DNA from: Bdellovibrionota bacterium
GTDB lineage: Bacteria > Bdellovibrionota_C > UBA2361 > JBIKWN01
Length of the DNA: 39,501 nt
Direction of reading: 5' to 3'
Assembly (NCBI GenBank): GCA_044356295.1
Contig: JBIKWN010000018.1
Coordinates: 1-39,501 of the forward strand
How positions within the stretch are numbered: the first letter of the stretch is position 1; each line of letters starts with the position of its first letter. Of this stretch, positions 9,074 to 17,906 are shown one piece after another. Below the pieces are notes generated by a model, which worked only from the letters and a program-made list of their open reading frames with translations, was not told the DNA's origin and searched no databases. A program made the translations under genes and the position numbers.

Positions 9074-10570
9074 TTATTTCGCTCTAACAGAAAAACCTTG
9101 AAGGAGTAGTTGTTCCATTTCATCGGTGAAAACACCCATCGATTTTAAGTTCAATTCGTACAGTTCGCGTAGTGCTTCACCTTTTCCTAAGAAATTTGAG
9201 TTTGGTGAACATTGAAGCAACTCTGCAAGTTTGATTCGAGTTGGAACTGCCCCCTCATCTAGGCCTGGAAAGACAAGTGTTTTCATTACAAGATGAGCTC
9301 TAGCTAATTCGTCACTCCCCTCTGGTCCACCATTTGAAAGTATCGCATCAGGCAACGAATTGAGATCCGATATAGAAGTAACTTGTAATCTTCCCGAATC
9401 ACGAGGGAACTGAGAAACATACTCCATATCTTCCCTTGTAGCGCCACTTGAGCTTACAAAGAAACGATCTTCGATGTTAATAACCTGACATTCTCCTTTG
9501 AGTCTTGATAAATTAATATCAGTATTAAAAATATGCGCAGTTAAATCGGATTGTTCTGGACGAGCAAATAAGTTTACGCATCCACCAGTTTCAATAACCT
9601 TAGCAGCAAGTGTAAACAGAGATGGGCTGGGGTACATCACCATTGCATCATCAAAATCACGGTGCCCAACAAAAGATTTTAGCTCTCTAACATTATGCTT
9701 GACCGCCTCTGCAATATCAGATGGCATTTGTTTTCGGTCGGCATCGGTTATCTCAAATGAGCGAAGCTCAATTCCTGCTTCATCAGCAAGAGTTTGAAAT
9801 CGCTCGACCATTTTTATTAATTTATCGTTATTTTTTCCGGCAATAGTAATGCTATTAGGCTTTGGACTAGATCGAAGCAGGTATTCAATCATGTAGGCAC
9901 CCATCGCACCTGTTGCACCAAGCAACAGAACGTTTCCTTCAGGGGTTAATCCCTCAAAGCGATTTCCATTTTTGTCTTCATGTACGTTAGCTAAAATAGC
10001 ACGTCGACAACATGCCAGCGGTTCGCGACTTGCCATCCAATATCCAGGTGCATTTTGTGGAGCAGGAACTAACGCTCTAATAAAATGATCTTCAGTCATA
10101 TGAATTTCATTTGCAAAAGTTCCTAAAGCAAATGGGTGTTGTACATCTGAAAATCCAGCCATCCAGTTTGGAAAACCTGGTTTAGGCAAAACGATATGCA
10201 AAGAAAAGAGACGACCTATCCCGTACTTTTCAGTTTCTGAACCATAGAATTTATGTTCAAGAGACTCTCGTAATTGATCACCAATACGTGTTAATTCGAG
10301 ACCACCCTCATGCCCAGCAACTATTAATCCCTTACCTTTTGGATGACGCGGGTATGGTTTCATCACCGCACCTTTCAGATCAGATCCACACACACCAGCG
10401 CTAATTACTCTTAACGTAGCAGAGAAATCTTGCTGACTTGATGTTAAAGATTCACGGGGAACGATAGAAAAGGAATCATTGAGATGTTCTGCTTCGCGAT
10501 TAAGCACAACGAGTCTGGATGTCGAAGGTGACGTCATATCTGTAAAATAAAATGAGGAAAGTTCAAACAA
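9074..10570 (-). CDS. zinc-binding (MDR) dehydrogenase, L-sorbose-1-phosphate reductase-like
   Basis: GVCGSDLK, GHEG, EPLACC, GATGAMG Rossmann loop; lacks the four-Cys structural Zn loop. Alternative start ATG 10537. Confidence 0.7.
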   Translation of the reverse strand: MFELSSFYFTDMTSPSTSRLVVLNREAEHLNDSFSIVPRESLTSSQQDFSATLRVISAGVCGSDLKGAVMKPYPRHPKGKGLIVAGHEGGLELTRIGDQLRESLEHKFYGSETEKYGIGRLFSLHIVLPKPGFPNWMAGFSDVQHPFALGTFANEIHMTEDHFIRALVPAPQNAPGYWMASREPLACCRRAILANVHEDKNGNRFEGLTPEGNVLLLGATGAMGAYMIEYLLRSSPKPNSITIAGKNNDKLIKMVERFQTLADEAGIELRSFEITDADRKQMPSDIAEAVKHNVRELKSFVGHRDFDDAMVMYPSPSLFTLAAKVIETGGCVNLFARPEQSDLTAHIFNTDINLSRLKGECQVINIEDRFFVSSSGATREDMEYVSQFPRDSGRLQVTSISDLNSLPDAILSNGGPEGSDELARAHLVMKTLVFPGLDEGAVPTRIKLAELLQCSPNSNFLGKGEALRELYELNLKSMGVFTDEMEQLLLQGFSVRAK

Positions 10571-10737
10571 AAAACAATATACTCACTCTTTCCAGATATC
10601 TCTTTCGGAGTTGGGCGAATCGTATACAAAATCTCGATACTACTCAAGTTTTGGTGGATTTTCTTCTTGGGGATAGCTAAAGAAAGATAGTCTGAATTAC
10701 TAGATTAAGTTCTGACCTTTTCGTAAACTATACCCCC

Positions 10738-12375
10738 ATGAATACAAATCCAGCCCGCCCGGAAACCTCATCCCTGACTACCAATCCACACACTAAAATC
10801 CTCATCATCGGCGGAGGCATCCACGGCGCAGCCCTTGCACGAATCGCCGCCCTAAACGGCACAGACTGCCTTCTGTTAGAGAAACAAGATTACGCTTCCG
10901 GCACCTCCTCACGTTCTTCAAAAATGGCGCACGGTGGACTTCGCTATCTTGAGACTTTTGATTTTCAACAGGTTTTCGAAGGTATCAAAGCCCGCGAACA
11001 ACTATTTGATGAAGCACGGCACATCTGTAAACCTGATCGGTTTTTGATTCCGGTTCAGAAAAATGACTGGTGGTTCAGAGTCAAGCTTGGAATTGGGTTG
11101 TACCTCTACGATTTAATGGTAACGATGAAAGAGCGTCGCCACGGATGGATTAATAGAAAAGATCTTACATTCGACGGATTCCATTCAGGGCGTACTGACC
11201 TGATGGGATGCTATTCGTATTGTGATGGAATTTTCAACGATGCTCGACTTGTTGTTGAAACTGTTGTGCACGCTCGTGAACTTGGTGCGCGTTGTTTTAA
11301 CTATATCGGTGTCGAATCAGTTAAAAAACTTTCTTCAGGCAAATTTGAAGTTACTGCAAAAGATGAGATCACAGGTGATGCATATACTTTGACTGCTGAT
11401 TTGGTGGTTAACTGTACTGGACCTTGGGCTCCATTTATTGGACATGAAGAAAGTAAGCCGCTTGCAAAACAGCTTCGTTATAGTGCCGGCATACATCTGA
11501 TTTTTAATCGTCCATGGAATCAACCTTCCCTATTCCTTCCAATGGAGCAAAAAAATCGGTACTACTTTGTTTGGCCGCATCCAGGTGGGACAATGGTTGG
11601 AACAACTGAGCGTGAAGTCACCGGTGTTCCGCTAGAACAATTTCCAGTTGAATCAGAGATTCAAGAAGTTCTTCAAAGAGTTACAAAAGATCTTCCTGAT
11701 GCTGGGCTCAATCAAGAGTCGCTTCATTATGCTTTTGCAGGTGTCCGAACACTTCCACTTCGTGACGAGAATGCTCAGGGGACTGCTACACTTTCGAGAA
11801 AACATATCTGGAAAAACCAAGCAGGCGTACTAACTTTGCTTGGCGGCAAATGGACGACTTCTTCTTGGACATCGTTTGAAGGTTACAAAGAAGCGATGAA
11901 GATGTTAGGTCTCGACGCGAGTAATGCAAAAAGTTTAACAGGTGTTAAGTTCCCTGGTTGGGCAACGGATCAAGAGCAAACAGATCTGAGAAATGCTCTT
12001 ATTAAAAAAGGAGTTTCCGAATCAACCGCAGGTAGGATTGTTAGGCGCTTAGGATCACGTGCTAAATATCTTTTAGAAAATGATTCAAGAACTGAACTAC
12101 TAACTCCAAATTTATTACGCGGAGAAGTTGAGCTTGCAATTAAAGATGAACAAGCAATGACTGTTGAAGATATTTTGCGCCGCCGCACCGAGATTGAGTA
12201 TATGAACGGAAGTGGAATTGATGAAGTTGCCAAAGTGCAAGAAGTGCTTTCGAACTTTACTTCTGCTTCTCATGCGAAGAGCTCAGCTGATGGGTATGTT
12301 GAGCGGATTCGGAAGATATTTAAGCTTATTGGGAAGAAGGATTCTGGGGCTGTGTCGGATAAGCGGGCGGCTTAG
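10738..12375 (+). CDS. glpD: FAD-dependent glycerol-3-phosphate dehydrogenase/oxidase
   Basis: IIGGGIHG, GTSSRSSKMAHGGLRYLE, DARL, GVRTL, GGKWTT, EDILRRRT. Confidence 0.92.
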   Translation: MNTNPARPETSSLTTNPHTKILIIGGGIHGAALARIAALNGTDCLLLEKQDYASGTSSRSSKMAHGGLRYLETFDFQQVFEGIKAREQLFDEARHICKPDRFLIPVQKNDWWFRVKLGIGLYLYDLMVTMKERRHGWINRKDLTFDGFHSGRTDLMGCYSYCDGIFNDARLVVETVVHARELGARCFNYIGVESVKKLSSGKFEVTAKDEITGDAYTLTADLVVNCTGPWAPFIGHEESKPLAKQLRYSAGIHLIFNRPWNQPSLFLPMEQKNRYYFVWPHPGGTMVGTTEREVTGVPLEQFPVESEIQEVLQRVTKDLPDAGLNQESLHYAFAGVRTLPLRDENAQGTATLSRKHIWKNQAGVLTLLGGKWTTSSWTSFEGYKEAMKMLGLDASNAKSLTGVKFPGWATDQEQTDLRNALIKKGVSESTAGRIVRRLGSRAKYLLENDSRTELLTPNLLRGEVELAIKDEQAMTVEDILRRRTEIEYMNGSGIDEVAKVQEVLSNFTSASHAKSSADGYVERIRKIFKLIGKKDSGAVSDKRAA

Positions 12376-12397
12376 GGGACGCTCACCTTTATATCTA
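12373..12397. repeat. left end of the ~82-bp TIR element (copy 1, partial), overlapping the stop codons of glpD and ATPase 1
   Basis: taggggacgctcacctttatatcta, identical to 17361-17385. Confidence 0.9.
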
Positions 12398-13561
12398 AAT
12401 AGCCTTCAACAAAAACTTCTTAGGATCTTTTGACTTTAACAGTGCTTCACCAGTTTCAAGATCAATCGTTACACACTGCGCTCCTTTAAAAGCATCTAAA
12501 AATGCTTTTGTGCCTTTCAAGTTTTTTTTTCTACCTGATTTTATTTCTATACCGAGTATAAGATTATCAAGCTTTATGACGAAATCTATTTCTCTATTAT
12601 CCTCTCTCCAATAAAAAACTTCTGAAAAATTATTCACAAGACATGCACCAATGGCTGCTTCGAATACTCTTCCTTTCCATTCAGGATCATTTAGTAATCT
12701 AGACGGGGATTCAAACGCATGAACGAGTGCTGGGCACAGCGGAATAAGTTTGGGGCTTGAGCTTTTCAAAGTAATTGCGCGAGTCGAAAACTTTGGAAGA
12801 CTTTTAATTATGAATCCAGCTTCAAGAAGTTCTATATATCCTCTTATTGTAGTTGTATTTCCAGAATCCTGTAGTTGTCCAAGTAATTTTTGAAGTGAAA
12901 TTTCTTGCGCAGGATGACGACAAATAAGCTCCAATGTCTGTCTAAAAAGTGCTGGCTTTGAGATCTGCTTTAAAGAGAGTAGATCTCGAGAGAGTACAGG
13001 TTCAATAATAGAATCTCTCAATAACTGCATCCATCTTTTGGGTTCATCGATTATTGCCGCAGGTGCCGGATATCCACCAAATTGAAGATACTGGTCTAAA
13101 TTCCAATTTGAAAGTTTAATATGTTCTTCGAATGACCAGTGTGGAACTCGTATTAGCTCGTATCGCCCACTCAATGTTTCTGATAATCCTGATTGAATAT
13201 GCCAACTTGCAGACCCAAGAAGTATTACTTGCAATGGAATTTCTTTGCGTCGTTCTTTGTCATACAGTTCTTTTATCGTTTCACTCCAACCTTTGACTTT
13301 TTGAATTTCATCTAAAATTAAAATTGTTTTTTCGCCTGCGAGAAGAGCTTTTTGCCACTCAGCTATAATCCACTCAGCACCAGGGGGAACCGGTGAATCT
13401 GCGGTTGCATACACTACACTGCGCTTTAATGATTTAGAAAGTGAGAGTACCCCAGTCGTTTTACCAACTTGCCTTGGTCCGATAACGACTTGAATGAAAG
13501 GAAGACATTCGCGAATTCTTTTGATGAGTTCGGTTTCAAAATATCTTGTGATTATAGGCAC
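12395..13561 (-). CDS. AAA_14 ATPase with DUF4143 / PD-(D/E)XK C-terminal domain (copy 1)
   Basis: Walker A GPRQVGKTT, Walker B ILDEIQ, GGYP, FEAAI, REIDFV...IEIKSG. Confidence 0.9.
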   Translation of the reverse strand: MPIITRYFETELIKRIRECLPFIQVVIGPRQVGKTTGVLSLSKSLKRSVVYATADSPVPPGAEWIIAEWQKALLAGEKTILILDEIQKVKGWSETIKELYDKERRKEIPLQVILLGSASWHIQSGLSETLSGRYELIRVPHWSFEEHIKLSNWNLDQYLQFGGYPAPAAIIDEPKRWMQLLRDSIIEPVLSRDLLSLKQISKPALFRQTLELICRHPAQEISLQKLLGQLQDSGNTTTIRGYIELLEAGFIIKSLPKFSTRAITLKSSSPKLIPLCPALVHAFESPSRLLNDPEWKGRVFEAAIGACLVNNFSEVFYWREDNREIDFVIKLDNLILGIEIKSGRKKNLKGTKAFLDAFKGAQCVTIDLETGEALLKSKDPKKFLLKAI

Positions 13562-13644
13562 TTACTATGAGCTCCTAGGGTTTTTCTTCAGTCTATCTCG
13601 GATAAATCTTCATTGCAACTCGTATTTTTAGTACCGAGGTAAAT

Positions 13645-13728
13645 TCGGACAAACACCTTAGTATTTACTTAATCTTAAATAGCCCAAAATTAATAAATTC
13701 AAATACTTGTAAAGGTGAGCGTCCCCTA
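13645..13728. mobile_element. ~82-bp MITE/REPIN-like element (copy 2, degenerate left end)
   Basis: ggacaaacaccttagtatttacttaatcttaaatagcccaaaattaataaattcaaatacttgtaaaggtgagcgtccccta aligns along its whole length with copies 3 and 4. Confidence 0.8.
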
Positions 13729-13732
13729 GGTC

Positions 13733-14857
13733 TTAAACCATCTTTTCCAACTGACAAAAAATCCTAAACGGCAAAACATGTATAGTGCCATCCATGTATT
13801 GTTCCTCTGCTTCAAAATGAACTTGATAAAACTTAGGAATATTCGTTCTATCTTTATAATATCTAATACTTTTTGAAATCTGTTTTGCTCCCGTTTTGCA
13901 TTCAACTGCAAATATCGGTTTTCCTTCGCGAAGAACTACAAAATCGATCTCTCTGCCATCAACATCTTTAAGATATCGTAGATCCATTTTTGCCCCTTCT
14001 GTATCTTCGAGAAAGTTACAGTATTTAAGCAGATGCGAGGCAACTACGTTCTCAATTCTTGCACCTTTGTCTTCTATTGTTGACCAATCCCATAAATAAA
14101 GTTTAGGTGTTTTCTTTACAGCCCGAATTTTCTTAACACCATAAGGATAAATTCTGTAACAAAAATATACTTGCTCGAGAAGCATAATCCAGTGAGACAC
14201 ACTATTAGGGGATACTTCAAGGTCTTCTTGTAAAGACTTAATCGAAAGTGCCGCGCCAACCTTCTGAGGTAACATATCAACAAGTAGTTCAATCATTGAT
14301 ATTTCTTTAACACGACTAAGATCATTAACATCCTGCAAGACAACACGGCTCACTCTTTCTCGCTGCCATCTCTTTAAAAAAATCTTACTTTTCTTCAAAA
14401 AAGGTTCTGGAAAGCCACCGAATTCAATGAGTGTTTCAAGCGTTTTGCTTCCACAATGAGGATCGATTTCTGGCAATGTAAAAGGATGAAGACGATAATA
14501 AAAGATCCTTCCAAACAGCGAATCACCGCCTTTACGAAAATGATCAAGTTGTGCAGAACCAGTGACTATAATTTGTAGCTTTTGCTTATACTTATCGTAT
14601 AAACCTTTCAATAACATTCTCCAGCGAGCATATTTATGAATTTCATCGAGCACTACTATACCAAGTGTCGGATCAATTTGGTGAGATTTGATTTTCTGAC
14701 GATCAGCAAGATCATCCCAGTTTAAATACTGGTTATTGTGTTTTGTATAGTGCTTTGCAAGTGTCGTTTTCCCAACTTGTCGTGGCCCTCCAATAATTAC
14801 AATTTTCTCGACTAAATCAGTTTTAACATACTGTTGGAGATACCGAGTAATATTCAT
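13733..14857 (-). CDS. AAA_14 ATPase with DUF4143 / PD-(D/E)XK C-terminal domain (copy 2)
   Basis: GPRQVGKTT, VLDEIHK, TGSA, GGFPEP, ENVVASHL, REIDFV...VECKTG. Confidence 0.9.
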   Translation of the reverse strand: MNITRYLQQYVKTDLVEKIVIIGGPRQVGKTTLAKHYTKHNNQYLNWDDLADRQKIKSHQIDPTLGIVVLDEIHKYARWRMLLKGLYDKYKQKLQIIVTGSAQLDHFRKGGDSLFGRIFYYRLHPFTLPEIDPHCGSKTLETLIEFGGFPEPFLKKSKIFLKRWQRERVSRVVLQDVNDLSRVKEISMIELLVDMLPQKVGAALSIKSLQEDLEVSPNSVSHWIMLLEQVYFCYRIYPYGVKKIRAVKKTPKLYLWDWSTIEDKGARIENVVASHLLKYCNFLEDTEGAKMDLRYLKDVDGREIDFVVLREGKPIFAVECKTGAKQISKSIRYYKDRTNIPKFYQVHFEAEEQYMDGTIHVLPFRIFCQLEKMV

Positions 14858-14860
14858 ACA

Positions 14861-14913
14861 ACTGAATTTTACTCACTACTAAAATTCAGTCAAGTGAATT
14901 TTAGTAGTAAGTA
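14861..14913. promoter_or_regulatory. overlapping inverted repeats upstream of ATPase 2 (putative operator)
   Basis: actgaatttt-N10-aaaattcagt (14861-14890) overlaps tactcactactaaaattca-N6-tgaattttagtagtaagta (14870-14913, one mismatch). Confidence 0.6.
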
Positions 14914-14936
14914 TGGAGACGCTCAACAGGGCGGCT

Positions 14937-15024
14937 TAGGGGACGCTCACCTTATATATCTACTTGATATCAGGTAGACCAATTTAATAAATTCAATTAC
15001 TTGCAAAGGTGAGCGCCCCCCCTA
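14937..15024. mobile_element. ~82-bp MITE/REPIN-like element (copy 3)
   Basis: taggggacgctcacctt...aaggtgagcgcccccccta TIRs with internal palindrome tctacttga-ta-tcaggtaga. A stray degenerate end (tggagacgctcaac) lies at 14914-14927. Confidence 0.88.
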
Positions 15025-15067
15025 AATGACCGTGCGCTTACGCCCTAATAATTTTTCCTAAAATTAC

Positions 15068-15098
15068 CACACACCCTAAGAATCCTTCGTATAACCAT
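15068..15098 (+). promoter_or_regulatory. shared bipartite motif ACA-N16-TATAACCAT
   Basis: cacaca-ccctaagaatccttcg-tataaccat, 46 nt before ATG 15145; same spacing as three other copies. Confidence 0.45.
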
Positions 15099-15144
15099 TA
15101 TTAGTACAAAGGTTTTTCATAATTAGGTTAATTAAGGATTTATT

Positions 15145-16686
15145 ATGGTTAGTGCTGCAATGTCCAGTCCACATTTCAATCATCAACATACCCAGCAACA
15201 TACAAAGCCATCACAGCAATCACTTATTCAAGCATTAGATGGATATTTAAATGCGATTCTTAAAAATCGTCGTACGGTTCACGAACCAAGTGATCCTCAA
15301 AAAAATCAATGTGGTCCTGTTGTTGATCTTAGGGCAAGTGGAACGAAAACATACGTTGTAGGGGATATTCATGCTAACTTAGAAAACCTTGATAAGATTC
15401 TTAGCAATTCAAAAATGCTTAAAGAGCTTCAAGAAGGAAAAGCAAATCTTGTTTTTCTTGGTGATATTATACACCCTCAAGAAGGTGATATGTCACAGAT
15501 GGATACTTCTTTAGCAGCACTTGCAAAAGTGGCAGAGCTAAAAGCAAGATTTCCATCAAATGTTCATATCATTACTGGAAATCATGATTTTCTAAATCAA
15601 ACTTTCTCTAAGGGCGGTATCAGTCAATCTAAAATATTTAGAGAAGCATTAAGTCAATACGGTCAAAAAGCATTACATCTTTATGATCAGATTATACAAA
15701 ATAATCCACTTGCAGTAATAACAGACCATGCAACATTTGCTCACGCAGGACCAATTGTAAATAACGTACCAGGTGGGGATCTAAAAAATATTCAAGTAAG
15801 TGACACTCCACTAAGAAGCGAGAGCGCTAAAGTTACCGATCCACAATGGCAGGCTACGTTTAGAAGACCAGGGCAAAGCGACTCATCAAACCACGGGTAT
15901 CAAGATCACGATGTTGACCGATTTTTATCTAACATTTACGGCGAAAACATTGATGACAAACTTTTAATCTGCGGCCACACCACACCAACTAATGGATTTT
16001 TTGATAAAGATCTTTCAGATACTAGTAAACTGAGGTTACTAGACAGTTCACGTACACAAGAAGGGTCGTCGGGATATATACAGTTAGAAGAAAATGGAAA
16101 AATTATTCAACATAATTTTTCAAAAATTAAATCAGCGCCTGTCAATTTAGATCAAGATACTCCACTTAATAACGAATCGATTCAGTCTGGGGATTTTTGG
16201 GACAAACTTAAAAAATCATTGGGAGGATTATTAGGTAATGTCAATTATGGAGTTGATCGAATATTGGATCAGTCTAGAAATCCTAATCAACAAACATCTG
16301 AGCAGACTAATACACATGTTGCAGCATCACCATTACAGATTGCTCAAAATGCTGGCAGTAATCGAACTTGTCACATGATGACACCGAATATGCCTTATGG
16401 GTGTATCTATAATATGTTAGCCGAGTTTTCAAATCATTCTAGCGAGTACGGAATAAAATCAGCTCTAGAAAACAAATATCTTCCAAGTGAAATTATCAGT
16501 AATTTCATTAATGTAGATAGTAACGGTAATTACTTTTTTTCAGAAAGCTTGCCGCAGTTTTTTGATTTTCTAAAACTATCTTTGAGAGATTCAAGATTTA
16601 GTAGTGCTCAATCAGATTTTAATAAACTCTCAATAAATGCATTTCACGAAGCATCAAGTTTCTTAAGATCTAAAGGAGGATACTAA
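15145..16686 (+). CDS. calcineurin-like metallophosphoesterase with long C-terminal extension
   Basis: VGDIHAN, FLGDIIH, TGNHD, FAHAG, CGHT metal-binding motifs; about 190 aa of unassigned C-terminal sequence. Confidence 0.85.
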   Translation: MVSAAMSSPHFNHQHTQQHTKPSQQSLIQALDGYLNAILKNRRTVHEPSDPQKNQCGPVVDLRASGTKTYVVGDIHANLENLDKILSNSKMLKELQEGKANLVFLGDIIHPQEGDMSQMDTSLAALAKVAELKARFPSNVHIITGNHDFLNQTFSKGGISQSKIFREALSQYGQKALHLYDQIIQNNPLAVITDHATFAHAGPIVNNVPGGDLKNIQVSDTPLRSESAKVTDPQWQATFRRPGQSDSSNHGYQDHDVDRFLSNIYGENIDDKLLICGHTTPTNGFFDKDLSDTSKLRLLDSSRTQEGSSGYIQLEENGKIIQHNFSKIKSAPVNLDQDTPLNNESIQSGDFWDKLKKSLGGLLGNVNYGVDRILDQSRNPNQQTSEQTNTHVAASPLQIAQNAGSNRTCHMMTPNMPYGCIYNMLAEFSNHSSEYGIKSALENKYLPSEIISNFINVDSNGNYFFSESLPQFFDFLKLSLRDSRFSSAQSDFNKLSINAFHEASSFLRSKGGY

Positions 16687-16763
16687 TATGTAAAGTCTAT
16701 TTCAGGTTATTCAATTTAAGTTTTTAGAATTTAATATTTTTTTAGGTTTAATTTAGAGGTTTT

Positions 16764-17327
16764 ATGGATTTATTACAAAAACAATCAGAGCTGAGGGAAG
16801 ATGTTGGACACGCAACGTTAAAGGATCGAAATAAATTTGCGTATATGCGAATGATAGAGATGGATCTGTCAAACATTAATAAAAGTGAAGCAATCAAAGA
16901 TTCACTCGATGCACTTGAAAGAAAAATAAAACAAACACATAACGCAGGCGCAACAATTCAATACACTGATAAATCAAATCCAAATTATACAGTGACGGTA
17001 AAATCCACCTTTGACCAAGAAGGGAAACGAAATGGATATGAAATTCAAATATTTGATATAGACCCAAACAAAGAGGCGATAGGTGTACAATTTGGAAAAA
17101 GTGCTGGGAGAGGTACGCATACATCGATAAAATTTGATTTAAATAAAAAAGCTATTGAAGCTGTGACTAGTAGCGCTTCAAGATCTGAAAGAAATCATCG
17201 CGCTATACAAACAGAAGATACGGGTAAATATTTTCATATGATTAATTTAGATATTATTCATGGAAAGGGCCCACAATACAGCCTTCCAAGCTTGTTTCAA
17301 CTTGAAAGAGTTTTAGCAAGAAAGTAA
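16764..17327 (+). CDS. hypothetical protein
   Basis: 187-aa ORF with AGAGGT RBS before the ATG; no recognisable domain. Confidence 0.7.
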   Translation: MDLLQKQSELREDVGHATLKDRNKFAYMRMIEMDLSNINKSEAIKDSLDALERKIKQTHNAGATIQYTDKSNPNYTVTVKSTFDQEGKRNGYEIQIFDIDPNKEAIGVQFGKSAGRGTHTSIKFDLNKKAIEAVTSSASRSERNHRAIQTEDTGKYFHMINLDIIHGKGPQYSLPSLFQLERVLARK

Positions 17328-17360
17328 TAAGGTAAATAATCCCCATGAATTTTATGTGTT

Positions 17361-17447
17361 TAGGGGACGCTCACCTTTATATCTACCTGATCTCAGGTAG
17401 ACCAAATGAATAAATTCCAACACTTGTAAAAGTGAGCGTCCCCCTTA
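17361..17447. mobile_element. ~82-bp MITE/REPIN-like element (copy 4, best preserved)
   Basis: taggggacgctcaccttt...aaaagtgagcgtccccctta; internal palindrome tctacctga-tc-tcaggtaga. Confidence 0.88.
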
Positions 17448-17489
17448 TGATAGGAACGATTCTCTGCTACCATCCCCATGAGGCTTTGA

Positions 17490-17771
17490 TTCCTATCAAT
17501 AGCATCAGGAGGTTATGAAATACAAAGAGTTGAATGCACGAGCTGCTCCGGGACCGGGAAAGTAAATTTCTGCAACGGAGGATGCAACTATGGACAGATC
17601 ATGTGTACTTACTGTTCAGGTGGACAAGTACAAACTACAAATTGGCAGGGCGAAACGGTTTATGAAACCTGTAGAAGCTGTATAGGCGGATACACGCGAT
17701 GCTCAAAATGTGGTGGTAATGGACGAATGGACTGTCAAACTTGCTACGGTTCAGGTTCAGTTTATCAATAA
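17490..17771 (+). pseudogene. DnaJ-type cysteine-rich (CXXCXGXG) zinc-finger ORF lacking a canonical start
   Basis: Manual translation: ...EIQRVECTSCSGTGKVNFCNGGCNYGQIMCTYCSGGQVQTTNWQGETVYETCRSCIGGYTRCSKCGGNGRMDCQTCYGSGSVYQ*. In-frame TGA at 17487-17489. Not in the ORF track. Confidence 0.7.
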
Positions 17772-17815
17772 GTAGGAAGGAATTTATTTCTTCTGACGAC
17801 TAAAGGTTAAACCTG

Positions 17816-17849
17816 TTGAGACTCCAGGCGGAAAATGAGTCTCAATTTT
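17816..17849 (+). terminator. hairpin followed by a short T-run after the zinc-finger ORF
   Basis: ttgagactc-N12-gagtctcaa-tttt. Confidence 0.4.
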
Positions 17850-17890
17850 ACTTCTATTTAGCTTCATCAGTTCGCTGACTATTATACAGC

Positions 17891-17906
17891 AAGTGATCGT
17901 CCCCTA
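17891..17906. repeat. isolated right end of the TIR element (copy 5)
   Basis: aagtgatcgtccccta versus aagtgagcgtcccc in copy 4. Confidence 0.65.

Noticed and set aside
17487..17489. Selenocysteine or TGA readthrough in the zinc-finger ORF
   Set aside because: The TGA is not at a Cys-pair position, I see no convincing SECIS-like hairpin right after it, and TGA is a normal stop for several genes here.
12373..17906. Repeats as a CRISPR array or integron attC sites
   Set aside because: Spacing is 0.4-2.3 kb with whole genes in between, there are no cas genes, and neither RYYYAAC/GTTRRRY core sites nor an integrase is visible.
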